Assembly (NCBI GenBank): GCA_965278995.1 | Contig: OZ257136.1 | Span: 1,491,057-1,555,056, forward strand | Length of the DNA stretch: 64,000 bases | Source of the DNA: Gammaproteobacteria bacterium | GTDB lineage: Bacteria > Pseudomonadota > Gammaproteobacteria > Ga0077536 | Direction: 5' to 3' | In this document: piece after piece, positions 9,849 to 19,184 of the stretch | How the letters are laid out: every line of letters begins with the position of its first letter | How positions within the stretch are numbered: position 1 is the stretch's first letter | Position numbers and translations under genes: made by a program | Notes under the pieces: model-generated | Database searches by the model: none | The model's input: only the letters and a program-made list of their open reading frames with translations | Told to the model about the DNA's origin: nothing

Positions 9849-12479
9849 GTGTACATCGTCATGCCCCACTGGTCGCTCATGCGTCTGACCCGTTATGCGT
9901 ATTATCTGCTTGTCGGCATGGCTGTCATTCTGATCCTGTGGGCCGAATTCGCTGCTGAAACCTTACTTCGTCAATATCTGCTACGCCAGGAGCACAACCG
10001 CGCTGCCGAGACCTTGACGCAACTGCGTACGCGTATCGAAAAAGTCATTTACCGCGACCTTTCGGCGGCGCAGTCGCTGGCCGCTTACATCAGCATTCAT
10101 CCGCAGCTGGACCAGGCTGAATTCAGCAGATATGCCGCTGCGTTGATTGGCCCGGGCTCGACGTTGCGACATTTGTCGGCCGCACCGGGCCTCGTGATCC
10201 GCTATGTCTATCCAATGGCCGGCAATGAGGCTGTCCTTGGTCTCGACTATCGGAACGTGCCACAACAATCCGCGGCCGCACTGCGCACGCTGGAATCGGG
10301 CGCCATGGTCATCGCCGGACCCATCAAACTGCTGCAGGGTGGCAGCGGCATCATTGCGCGATATCCCGTGCTGATCCCGGCCGATGTCGGCAGCGGGCGC
10401 GTTCCGACGCCGTGGGGCGTGACGTCCGCGGTTATCGACAGCGACACGTTCTTTCATGCCGTCGGCCTGGATGTTTCCCGGCCGCCACTGGCGATTGCTA
10501 TTCGTGGACGCGATGCGGCCGGACCGCAAGGCGAGGTGTTCTTCGGCTCGCGCGAGCTGTTCGAAGCAGACCCTGTGACAGCAACGATCAGTCTGCCCAC
10601 CGGCAGCTGGCAACTGGCGGCACGACCGCGTGATGGTTGGCTGGCAGAGGATTCCGGCGCTTTCTGGGGCGTCCGTGCCGCAGGTCTCGCGCTGCTGACG
10701 GTGCTTGCCATGCTGATGACTGCACGCAGCGTTCAGCAACGCCATGCGCAACAGGCCGATCATGCGTTACGACGCAGTCAGCAGGACCTCGTCAATGCCA
10801 TCGAATCGATAGACGAAGGTTTTGCACTCTGGGATGAACAGGACTGCCTCAAGATTTTTAATGCACGATTCGTTGAAATCTTTGCCGGGGTCCGTGACGC
10901 CATCCGCTTCGGCGCCAGCTTCGAGGCAATCATGCGGGCCTCGGCCCAGCAACAGCTGGTGTTGACCGCGAAAGAACTCGAGGTCTGGGCGAGCGAACGC
11001 CTGCACCAGCATCGCTCGGGAAATTCGCTGGTCGAAGTCGAATTGCGCGACGGGCGATGCCTGCGCATTTCGGAGCAGCGCGCACCGGATGGCTATACCG
11101 TTGCCACCTATACCGACATCACGGAAGTCCGTCAGGCCGAACGAGCAATCCGTCACCGCGCGTTCTACGACACATTGACCGAACTGCCGAATCGGGAGAA
11201 TTTCACCAGCCTGCTCCTCACCGCTGTGCGAACCAGCCAGCGCCACGCCATGCAATGCGCGGTCATGTTCATCGATCTCGACCGATTCAAAAATATCAAC
11301 GACACCTTGGGCCACGAGACAGGTGACCTGCTGTTGCGCGAGGCTGCACTGCGGATCTGCGCCTGCGTACGCCAGTCAGACACGGTGGCGCGTTTCGGTG
11401 GCGACGAATTCACGGTGATTCTGCGTGATATTGAGGATGTTTTGAATGCAGCCCGGATAGCCGAGACCATCATTGCGAGTCTGTCCAAGGAATATCGCCT
11501 GAGCGGGCATGTGTTCTACGCCGGCGCAAGCATCGGGATCACCATATGCCCGGATGACAGCGAAGACCCACAGGTACTGCTACGCAATGCCGACATGGCG
11601 ATGTATCAAGCCAAGGCGCGCGGACGAAACACGTTCCGCTTCTTCACCAGCGCCATGACCGCGCATGCCGAGAGTTTCGTTGCCATCGAGAACGATCTGC
11701 GCCAATCCATCGGCACACCGGAATTCAGCCTCCATTATCAACCGTTGATCAGACTGGTTGATGGTGCACTCGGCGGCGCCGAAGCGCTGTTGCGCTGGCA
11801 ACACCCGCTGCGTGGCGCAGTCTCGCCGGCAGAGTTCATACCGGTTGCCGAGGAAACCCGACTGATTGTCGATCTCGGAGGCTGGGTGCTCCGGGAAGGC
11901 TGCCGGGAAGCGGCGCCGTGGTGCAAACTGGCCGACACCCCTCTAACACGGCTCTCGGTCAACGTTTCCAGTCGCCAGTTCTGGGGCGGATTCAATGCCG
12001 ACTACGTTCGCGGCATTCTCGACGAAACTGGCTTCCCGCCCGAAAGCCTTGTGTTCGAAATGACGGAGTCTTTGCTGATCGAGAACGACGATCGCATTTC
12101 GACCACGCTGGCCGATTTCCGCGCGCTCGGCATCGGTATCGCAGTCGACGATTTCGGCACCGGTTATTCAGCGCTGAGCTACCTGCGCCGGTTCCCCGTC
12201 ACCATTCTGAAAATCGATCGCACTTTCATCAACGACATCGAACATGACGCCGATGACGCGCATCTGGTCGAATCGATCGTAGCGATGGCGCGAGCGCTGA
12301 GGATCACGGTCGTGGCCGAAGGCGTCGAATCAGCCGGGCAGGCCGATATGCTGCGTGAGATGGGCTGCGAATTTGCGCAGGGCTACCTGTTCAGCCGGCC
12401 ACTGCCGGCTGCTGCTTTCGAACAACACTTGCGCGGCGCGCGCGCGTTAGCGATAGATCGGCAGATCCGGCTCGGCTGA
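9849..12479 (+). CDS. membrane sensor diguanylate cyclase/phosphodiesterase (periplasmic sensor domain-PAS-GGDEF-EAL)
   Basis: Two TM segments flank a periplasmic domain of about 220 aa. 'RFGGDEFTVIL' GGDEF motif. 'EALLRWQHP' and later 'DDFGTGYS' EAL-domain motifs. Confidence 0.85.
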   Translation: MYIVMPHWSLMRLTRYAYYLLVGMAVILILWAEFAAETLLRQYLLRQEHNRAAETLTQLRTRIEKVIYRDLSAAQSLAAYISIHPQLDQAEFSRYAAALIGPGSTLRHLSAAPGLVIRYVYPMAGNEAVLGLDYRNVPQQSAAALRTLESGAMVIAGPIKLLQGGSGIIARYPVLIPADVGSGRVPTPWGVTSAVIDSDTFFHAVGLDVSRPPLAIAIRGRDAAGPQGEVFFGSRELFEADPVTATISLPTGSWQLAARPRDGWLAEDSGAFWGVRAAGLALLTVLAMLMTARSVQQRHAQQADHALRRSQQDLVNAIESIDEGFALWDEQDCLKIFNARFVEIFAGVRDAIRFGASFEAIMRASAQQQLVLTAKELEVWASERLHQHRSGNSLVEVELRDGRCLRISEQRAPDGYTVATYTDITEVRQAERAIRHRAFYDTLTELPNRENFTSLLLTAVRTSQRHAMQCAVMFIDLDRFKNINDTLGHETGDLLLREAALRICACVRQSDTVARFGGDEFTVILRDIEDVLNAARIAETIIASLSKEYRLSGHVFYAGASIGITICPDDSEDPQVLLRNADMAMYQAKARGRNTFRFFTSAMTAHAESFVAIENDLRQSIGTPEFSLHYQPLIRLVDGALGGAEALLRWQHPLRGAVSPAEFIPVAEETRLIVDLGGWVLREGCREAAPWCKLADTPLTRLSVNVSSRQFWGGFNADYVRGILDETGFPPESLVFEMTESLLIENDDRISTTLADFRALGIGIAVDDFGTGYSALSYLRRFPVTILKIDRTFINDIEHDADDAHLVESIVAMARALRITVVAEGVESAGQADMLREMGCEFAQGYLFSRPLPAAAFEQHLRGARALAIDRQIRLG

Positions 12480-12500
12480 ACCTTCCCGAAACGCTGTCGA

Positions 12501-12908
12501 TCAGGTGGCCGTTACCGGTTCGAAAATCAGATCTGCGCCGCCCTCCCGAGCGACGAATCTGCCCTGTACTGCTGCGCCGAGTATGGGTGTCCCGGCCAGC
12601 CACCGCCCCAGCGCGCGTGGACCTTCACACAGATCGACCAACACCAGGGTATAGGGCAGCTCGTCGGCGAAAGCGACGTGGTAGGCATGATGGGCGACCG
12701 TCCAGCTATGAATGTGGCCGCGCCCGCTCGCAGGCTCCCAGGTCACCTGCCTGCTGTAGCAATGTGCGCATAGCAGTCGTGGGTAATGACGCAGCACTCC
12801 GCATGCCGCGCATCGCTGCAAGATGAGCTGACCAGCGACAACGCCATCCCAATACGGCTGCGACAGGGCCGTCGGTTCGGCTATCGGTCGGGCATGCGGT
12901 GTGTTCAT
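12501..12908 (-). CDS. DUF35 OB-fold/Zn-ribbon protein (thiolase partner)
   Basis: Start trimmed to 'MNTPHARP'. Zn-ribbon 'CAACGVLRHYPRLLCAHC'. It lies immediately downstream of an SCP-x-type thiolase. Confidence 0.7.
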   Translation of the reverse strand: MNTPHARPIAEPTALSQPYWDGVVAGQLILQRCAACGVLRHYPRLLCAHCYSRQVTWEPASGRGHIHSWTVAHHAYHVAFADELPYTLVLVDLCEGPRALGRWLAGTPILGAAVQGRFVAREGGADLIFEPVTAT

Positions 12909-12912
12909 CGAT

Positions 12913-14073
12913 TCAACCACGACGCAGGATCGCAATGGCGCCATCGCCCATGTCGCCATAGCCAGTGACCAGGCCGATATCCGCATCGGCGACCTGCGCG
13001 CGCCCTCCATCGCCGCGCAGCTGGCGGACGAGTTCGACGATGTGATTCAAGCCCCACACGTGGGCCTGCGAGAGCAGACCGCCGTGCGTATTGGTCGGCA
13101 GCGCGCCACCTGGACGCAGCCGGCCATCGGCCACGAATGGGCCGCCCTCGCCTTTGGCACAAAAGCCCATGTCCTCGAACTGACGTATGACAGCGTAGGT
13201 AAAACAATCGTAGACCTCGGCGACATCGATATCGGCCGGCGTCACCCCGGCCATGGCAAACGCCCGCGGCGCCGCTTTGGCAAGACCGAGACTGGTCAGG
13301 TCGACTCGCTGCGTGATCGACGCCGGCGAGTCCGGATGGCCGGTCGCGACGCCAGCTATCAAGACCGGACGATGGTCGGTATCGCGCGCGCAGGCCGCCG
13401 CACTGACAACGACAGCTGCACCGCCATCACTTTCCAGACTGCAGTCGAATAACCGAAACGGATCGGCAATCATGCGCGAATTACGATGGTCTGCCAGCGT
13501 CATCGGTTTTTTCATCAGCGCATTGTCGTTGCGCAAGGCATGAAGACGCATGGCAACGGCGACTTCACCGAAATGTTCGACCGTGGTGCCGTACAGCTCC
13601 ATATGGCGACGCGCCATCGGCGCATAAATCTGGGCTGGCGCAACCATGCCCATGCCGAGTTCGTATTCCGTGACGTAGTGGAACTGCGGCATCTGGTGGA
13701 TACGTGCGCCAGCGCGGTTCGAGCCGGCACTGACGTTACGTCCGAAAGCGATCAGGACATGACGGCAGATGCCATTGGCAACGGCCATCGTCGCACACTG
13801 CAAAGCCATCGTCGGGCTGGCACCGCCATGTGGAATCAGCGCCGAGAAGCGCAAGTCCGGGATGCCGAAATTGTCGATGAAATCTTCGGCGATACCGCTG
13901 ACAACCCCGATAGGTAGAAGACCGTCGATGTCCTTGGGGTCAAGTCCGGCATCGGCGATAGCTGCCAACGATGCTTCGATCTGCAACTCGAATGCGGTTG
14001 CCGTTGCATTCCGGACATAGGCGGTCTCGCCTATTCCACTGATGCAGGCCCGGTCAGTCAACGAGTCGTTCAT
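12913..14073 (-). CDS. thiolase-like protein, SCP-x/nsLTP type
   Basis: 'MNDSLTDRACISGIGETAY'. Thiolase fold with a Cys-bearing N-terminal loop. Partnered with a DUF35 gene. Confidence 0.75.
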   Translation of the reverse strand: MNDSLTDRACISGIGETAYVRNATATAFELQIEASLAAIADAGLDPKDIDGLLPIGVVSGIAEDFIDNFGIPDLRFSALIPHGGASPTMALQCATMAVANGICRHVLIAFGRNVSAGSNRAGARIHQMPQFHYVTEYELGMGMVAPAQIYAPMARRHMELYGTTVEHFGEVAVAMRLHALRNDNALMKKPMTLADHRNSRMIADPFRLFDCSLESDGGAAVVVSAAACARDTDHRPVLIAGVATGHPDSPASITQRVDLTSLGLAKAAPRAFAMAGVTPADIDVAEVYDCFTYAVIRQFEDMGFCAKGEGGPFVADGRLRPGGALPTNTHGGLLSQAHVWGLNHIVELVRQLRGDGGRAQVADADIGLVTGYGDMGDGAIAILRRG

Positions 14074-14086
14074 TGTCTTGCGCGTT

Positions 14087-15265
14087 TTATTCGGCGGTTG
14101 GACGCGATGCTTTGTTGCGGGTCCGGGGCAGCAGGGCGTTGCCGATAATCTGCTTCATGACTTCGACCGTTCCTCCGCCAATGCGACACATGCGCGCATC
14201 GACGAAAGCGCGGGCTATCGGGTACTCCGACATATAGCCCCAACCGCCGAACAGCTGCAGACAACGGTCCATGACCCGGCCCTGCAATTCGGTCGTGACC
14301 AGTTTGGCTGCGGCCGCGTCAACCGCGTCGAATTGACCGTGCAAATGCAGCTCGGTGCAACGATCGACGAAAACGCGTTGCGCGAGTACTTCGGCATGCA
14401 GACCCGCAAGTTCGAAGCGGGTGTTCTGGAAGTCGGCCAACGTCTGGCCGAACATTTCGCGCTGCGTGACGTAGTCGATAGTCCAGCGTAGCGCTGCTTC
14501 GGCGCTGGCCACACCACGGATGGCCTGAATCAAGCGTTCCTGCGCGAGCTGCGTCATCAATTGCGCGAATCCGTCGCCTTCTGCACCGAGCCGATTGCTG
14601 ATCGGTACGCGCAGATCGGTGAAAAACAGTTCCGAGGTGTCCTGGGCCCTGCAGCCGATCTTCTCGAGTTTGCGCCCACGCGTGAAGCCGGGTCTGTCCG
14701 TCTCGACCAGGATCAGACTCACGCCTTTACCTCGCGCCGCGGGATCAGTCTTGGCGGCCAGCAACAGCAGATCAGCGGTGTGACCGTTGGTAATGAATAC
14801 TTTCTGGCCATTGATGATGTAATCGTCGCCGTTCTGTACGGCCTGCGTGCGCATGGCCTGGACATCGCTGCCGCCGGAGGGCTCGCTCATGCCGAGCGCA
14901 ACGACGATTTCGCCACGCGCCATGCGCGGCAGCCAGGTTCGCTTCTGTTCCTCTGACCCGAAATCGACCAGATACGGCGCGACGATGTCCGAATGCAGAT
15001 AGAACGTCGGGCCGGTCGCGCCGGCCGCCGCGAACTCCTCGATCAGAACAGTGCTGTGAAGAAAATCGCCGCCCATTCCACCGTAAGCATCCGGTACATT
15101 GCAGCACAACAGGCCCAGTTCGCCGGCGACATGCCATAACGAACGAGGAACCTCGCCAGCACGTTCCCAATCGGCGTGGTGCGGTTCGACGTGTTCAGCA
15201 AGAAAGCGCTTGACCGAAACGCGAAAAATTTCATGTTCATCGCTGAACAGCGTGCGCGGGATCAT
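14087..15265 (-). CDS. acyl-CoA dehydrogenase
   Basis: ACAD N-terminal, middle and C-terminal domain motifs ('GSDVQAMRTQA', 'QLFGGWGYMSEYPIAR'). Confidence 0.85.
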   Translation of the reverse strand: MIPRTLFSDEHEIFRVSVKRFLAEHVEPHHADWERAGEVPRSLWHVAGELGLLCCNVPDAYGGMGGDFLHSTVLIEEFAAAGATGPTFYLHSDIVAPYLVDFGSEEQKRTWLPRMARGEIVVALGMSEPSGGSDVQAMRTQAVQNGDDYIINGQKVFITNGHTADLLLLAAKTDPAARGKGVSLILVETDRPGFTRGRKLEKIGCRAQDTSELFFTDLRVPISNRLGAEGDGFAQLMTQLAQERLIQAIRGVASAEAALRWTIDYVTQREMFGQTLADFQNTRFELAGLHAEVLAQRVFVDRCTELHLHGQFDAVDAAAAKLVTTELQGRVMDRCLQLFGGWGYMSEYPIARAFVDARMCRIGGGTVEVMKQIIGNALLPRTRNKASRPTAE

Positions 15266-15268
15266 CGA

Positions 15269-16030
15269 CTAGCGCCCCTGCCAGCGTGGTTCACGCTTTT
15301 CCGCAAATGCGGCAGCACCTTCGCGCGCATCCTGCGAAGCGATGACCGGAGCGGTGATTGCGTGCTGACGCGCGAACATTTCTCCCAGCGGCCAGTCACG
15401 CTGCTCGACCATCACACGTTTGCTTGCTGCCACCGACAGCGGTGCATTGCCGATAATGCATCGCGCCAGCCGGATCGCTTCGGCGAGTGCTTCGCCGGTC
15501 TCCGTCAATCGATTGACCAGGCCAAAATGCTCGGCTCGTTCGGCGCTCAGCATGTCGCCCGTCAGCGCGAGTTCCAGCGCGATGCGTGGCGGTATCAAAC
15601 GCGGCAGGCGCAGCAGTCCGCCGGCGCCGGCAGCGAGACCGCGTTTGACTTCCGGAATGCCGAATTGCGCAGTTCGCGCCGCGACCGTCAGATCGCAAGC
15701 CAGCATCGCTTCGCAGCCGCCCGCCAGCGCATACCCTTCGACCGCCGCAATCAACGGCTTGGTCGGCGGCTGCAGGACCAGACCAAGAATGCCGCGACCC
15801 TCGATGCGGATGACTTCTCCACGCAGGAACGCTTTCAGGTCCATCCCGGAACAGAACGTGCCACCAGCACCAGTCAGGATGCCGACGCGCAGGTCGTCGC
15901 ACGCTTCCAGTTCATCGAGTGCGGCGCAGACGCCGACAGACACCGCCCGATTGATGGCATTGCGCGCTTCGGGCCGGTTGATCGTGATGATCATCAGTCC
16001 GTCGTCGCGTTCGACCAGAACTTCGGACAT
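15269..16030 (-). CDS. enoyl-CoA hydratase (crotonase family)
   Basis: Start trimmed to 'MSEVLVERDDGLMIITINRPEARNAIN'. The ORF-track N-terminal extension is probably spurious. Confidence 0.8.
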   Translation of the reverse strand: MSEVLVERDDGLMIITINRPEARNAINRAVSVGVCAALDELEACDDLRVGILTGAGGTFCSGMDLKAFLRGEVIRIEGRGILGLVLQPPTKPLIAAVEGYALAGGCEAMLACDLTVAARTAQFGIPEVKRGLAAGAGGLLRLPRLIPPRIALELALTGDMLSAERAEHFGLVNRLTETGEALAEAIRLARCIIGNAPLSVAASKRVMVEQRDWPLGEMFARQHAITAPVIASQDAREGAAAFAEKREPRWQGR

Positions 16031-16080
16031 TGCCCGCAATCTCCTACTGACCGGCCATTGACCGGCTGCTGGCGCAATTG

Positions 16081-16899
16081 TTATTGAAATGCGTACTCGA
16101 GCGTCGGAAACGAACGCGCTTTGACTTCGCTGACGTAGCTGCCGATGGCGGCCTGGATCGAACCGCCGGCACCAAGGAAGTTCTTCGAAAAACGGGTGCG
16201 CTTGCCTGGCGCAATATCGATCACATCGTAGAGCACGAGGATCTGGCCGTCGACTGAAGGGCCGGCGCCGATGCCGATGACCGGTACCGAGGCAGCCGCC
16301 GTGATTTCGGCCGCCAGCGCCGCCGGTACGCATTCGAGCAGCAACATGTCGGCGCCGGCTTGCTCCAGTGCACGGGCATCGTCGCGCATCTTGCTCGCCG
16401 TCGCTTCTTCGCGACCTTGCACCCGGTAGCCGCCGTATTTATGGATCGCCTGCGGGGTCAGACCCAGATGGGCGCACACCGGAATGCCGCAATCGGTCAG
16501 CCGCGCGACCATATCGATTTCGAGTTCGCCCCACTCAAGTTTGACAATTTCCGCGCCACCTTCCTTCATCAGTCTGGCGGCATTGCGCAGACAATCGCGT
16601 TCCGAGGCGTAGCTCATGAACGGCATGTCAGCCATCACCATCGCGCGTCGCGTACCACGGGCGACGAGCTGGGTGTGATAGATCATGTCTTCGACGGTCA
16701 CGGGTATCGTCGTCGCGTGCCCCTGCACGACCATGCCGAGGGAATCGCCGACCAGGATGAGGTCCACACCGGCCGCGTCAAGGATGCGCGCAAACGCTGC
16801 GTCGTAAGCGGTCAGACTGGCGATGATTTCACCGTTCGCTTTCATCTGCCGGACCGTCCGCGTGGTGACTTTGGCGGCGTCTTCGTTATGTGCACTCAT
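16081..16899 (-). CDS. panB: 3-methyl-2-oxobutanoate hydroxymethyltransferase (PanB) family
   Basis: 'LTAYDAAFARILDAAGVDLILVGDSLGMVVQGH...TIPVTVEDMIYHT' is a canonical PanB signature. 4-nt overlap with the upstream hydrolase gene. Confidence 0.8.
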   Translation of the reverse strand: MSAHNEDAAKVTTRTVRQMKANGEIIASLTAYDAAFARILDAAGVDLILVGDSLGMVVQGHATTIPVTVEDMIYHTQLVARGTRRAMVMADMPFMSYASERDCLRNAARLMKEGGAEIVKLEWGELEIDMVARLTDCGIPVCAHLGLTPQAIHKYGGYRVQGREEATASKMRDDARALEQAGADMLLLECVPAALAAEITAAASVPVIGIGAGPSVDGQILVLYDVIDIAPGKRTRFSKNFLGAGGSIQAAIGSYVSEVKARSFPTLEYAFQ

Positions 16900-17771
16900 C
16901 GAAGTGTCTCCAGCCAGTGGCGGATGGCGGCAGCAATCTCGTCCGGCGAATCCTCCTGAATGAAATGCAGGCCTTTCACGCGGACTTCGCTGCTGTTGCG
17001 CCAGCTGCGCGCGACATCGCCCGGCGCGCCGTTCATGATCATGCCCGGCTCGGCACTGATGAACAGTTTCGGTATCGGACTGTCTTGCATGAATGCGCCG
17101 TAAGCATCGACCAGCGCACAGACGTCGGCCGGCGTGTCACCCAGCGGGATCTGCCGCGGCCAGGTCAGGGTCGGTCGCCGCCCCTCACCGGGCTCGCGGA
17201 ACGGCGCACGATAGGCCTCCATCTCATCGGCGCTCAGCTTGCGCAGGATCGAAGCCGGCAGAACATTCTCGACGAAGACATTTTTCTGCAGGACAACATC
17301 CTCGCCTGCTGGCGAGCGAAAAGTTCGAAAGATATCGACTGCCGCCGGCGGCCATTCGTCCCAGGACAGACGCTTGACGATACCTTCCATGTGGCATACA
17401 CCGGCTACCGCGTCCGGGTGCTGCCGGGTCCAATCGAAGCCGAGCGCCGTACCCCAGTCATGGATGACGAAGACGATGTCCCTTTCGATTCCGAGAGCGG
17501 CCAGCGCACCAGCGAAATAGTGTTGATGATCGGCCAGTGTATAACGCTCCGGGCCGGAGTCTGGAAGCTTGTCTGAATCGCCCATGCCGATCAGGTCGAT
17601 GGCAACGCATCGCCCGAGATCCTGCAGTTGCGGCATGATGTTCCGCCACAGATACGACGAGGTCGGATTGCCATGCTGGAAAACCAGCGGACGACCCTGG
17701 CCCATTTCGGCATAGGTCAGGCGCAAGCCGTCGACTTTCACGCTGCGTTTCGCGGCAGACCAGGCATTCAT
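16896..17771 (-). CDS. haloalkane dehalogenase (alpha/beta-hydrolase, HLD-II type)
   Basis: 'HGNPTSSYLWRNI' (halide-stabilising Asn), 'HDWG' (Asp nucleophile and Trp), 'GLHFIQEDSPDE' (catalytic His), and a Glu in 'CHMEGIV'. Confidence 0.8.
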   Translation of the reverse strand: MNAWSAAKRSVKVDGLRLTYAEMGQGRPLVFQHGNPTSSYLWRNIMPQLQDLGRCVAIDLIGMGDSDKLPDSGPERYTLADHQHYFAGALAALGIERDIVFVIHDWGTALGFDWTRQHPDAVAGVCHMEGIVKRLSWDEWPPAAVDIFRTFRSPAGEDVVLQKNVFVENVLPASILRKLSADEMEAYRAPFREPGEGRRPTLTWPRQIPLGDTPADVCALVDAYGAFMQDSPIPKLFISAEPGMIMNGAPGDVARSWRNSSEVRVKGLHFIQEDSPDEIAAAIRHWLETLR

Positions 17772-17811
17772 AGCTTTATTCCTCCTGCAGCGTGCCGGGT
17801 GATGACAGTGC

Positions 17812-18729
17812 TCAGCGCGCTGCCAGGCGGGCCGCCAGTGCGACGATGCGTTCGGCCTGGGTCAAATGCGGTTTGTCGACCATCTTGCCGTCCAGATTGA
17901 GGGTGCCTGAATCGGGATTGGCGTCAAACAGAGCGATCACGGCATGCGCATGCGCGAGTTCCGCCGCCGACGGCGAAAACGCGCCGTTGATGACAGCAAC
18001 CTGATCGGGATGGATGCAAATCTTGCCGGTGAATCCATCGCGCCGCGAGTCGTTGCAGATCCGTTCCAGTCCTTCCAGATTGCGGAAGTCCGCCATGACC
18101 GTGTCGATGGCCTGCACGCCTGCGGCATGTGCGGCGAACAGACACAGCGAACGCGTCATCTCGTACGGACTGGTCCAGTGCCCGGAAGTGACCGTATTCG
18201 CGCTCGCGCCGACAGCAGCACCAAGATCTTCGGCACCCCAGGTCAGACCTTTCAATCGCGGCGTCTCGCGGGTGAATGTACCCAAGGTGAAAATTGCCCG
18301 TGCCGTCTCGGTCGCTACCGGCAGAATACCGATGCTGCCCGCCGCAAGACCATGCTCGGCTTCGAGAATATCGAGGTAATGACCGACCTGGACGAGATCG
18401 TCGGCCGAGTTGGTCTTCGGCAGAATGATGCCGGCCGGCGCAGCCGGTGCGACCATTGCCAGATCATGAAGGATCAGACCGCTATCCAGCGGATTCACGC
18501 GCACCCAGAACTCGACCCGCGGATTCGTTCCTGCTCGCAGGAAATCACGGGTCATTTCGCGTGCCAGCGGTTTGCGCGAAGCCGCGACCGAATCTTCCAG
18601 ATCGAGAATGACGCAGTCGGCGCCGATGCCAGCTGCTTTGGTCATCTTCTTGTCGCTGTCGCCGGGGGCGAATAAGAGTGAGCGCAACATCAGACGGGCT
18701 TCCTCAACATCAGGGCGGAACGTTTGCAC
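17812..18729 (-). CDS. HpcH/HpaI-CitE family acyl-CoA lyase (citryl/malyl/citramalyl-CoA lyase-like)
   Basis: 'RSLLFAPGDSDKKMTKAAGIGADCVILDLEDSVA' CitE-like N-terminus. Confidence 0.7.
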   Translation of the reverse strand: MQTFRPDVEEARLMLRSLLFAPGDSDKKMTKAAGIGADCVILDLEDSVAASRKPLAREMTRDFLRAGTNPRVEFWVRVNPLDSGLILHDLAMVAPAAPAGIILPKTNSADDLVQVGHYLDILEAEHGLAAGSIGILPVATETARAIFTLGTFTRETPRLKGLTWGAEDLGAAVGASANTVTSGHWTSPYEMTRSLCLFAAHAAGVQAIDTVMADFRNLEGLERICNDSRRDGFTGKICIHPDQVAVINGAFSPSAAELAHAHAVIALFDANPDSGTLNLDGKMVDKPHLTQAERIVALAARLAAR

Positions 18730-19145
18730 ACGGCAACCAGCTGGTTTTTCTGATTGTAGGCGCGGTGGGCGAAAATGATCACGCCGTTCTGCGGGCGCGA
18801 TTTGCTCTCACGGATCTCCAGCACTTCCGACTCGACGCGGATGGTATCGCCGTGGAACAGCGGCGCCGGGAACCGGACTTCATCCCAGCCGAGATTCGCG
18901 ACTGTCGTGCCAAGCGTCGTATCGTGCACGCTGATGCCGACCATCAATGCCAGCGTAAAGCCGCTGTTGACGATGCGCTGACCGAATTCAGTCTCGTTGC
19001 GGCAATATTCCTCGTCTAGATGCAGGCGCGCCGGATTGTGTGTCATCGCCGTGAACAGCACATTATCGGTTTCCGTCAGCGTGCGGTGAATGGCATGGGT
19101 GAAAATCTGTCCCACGCTGAATTCTTCGAAATATAGTCCTGCCAT
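18690..19145 (-). CDS. MaoC-like (R)-specific enoyl-CoA hydratase (single hotdog)
   Basis: 'FEEFSVGQIFTHAIHRTLTETDNVLFTAMTHNPARLHLDEEYC' hotdog-fold hydratase motif. 40-nt overlap with the CitE-like gene. Confidence 0.7.
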   Translation of the reverse strand: MAGLYFEEFSVGQIFTHAIHRTLTETDNVLFTAMTHNPARLHLDEEYCRNETEFGQRIVNSGFTLALMVGISVHDTTLGTTVANLGWDEVRFPAPLFHGDTIRVESEVLEIRESKSRPQNGVIIFAHRAYNQKNQLVAVCKRSALMLRKPV

Positions 19146-19184
19146 GGTTCCTCCCCTCAGGATAAATAATGCAATGTGGCCGAA

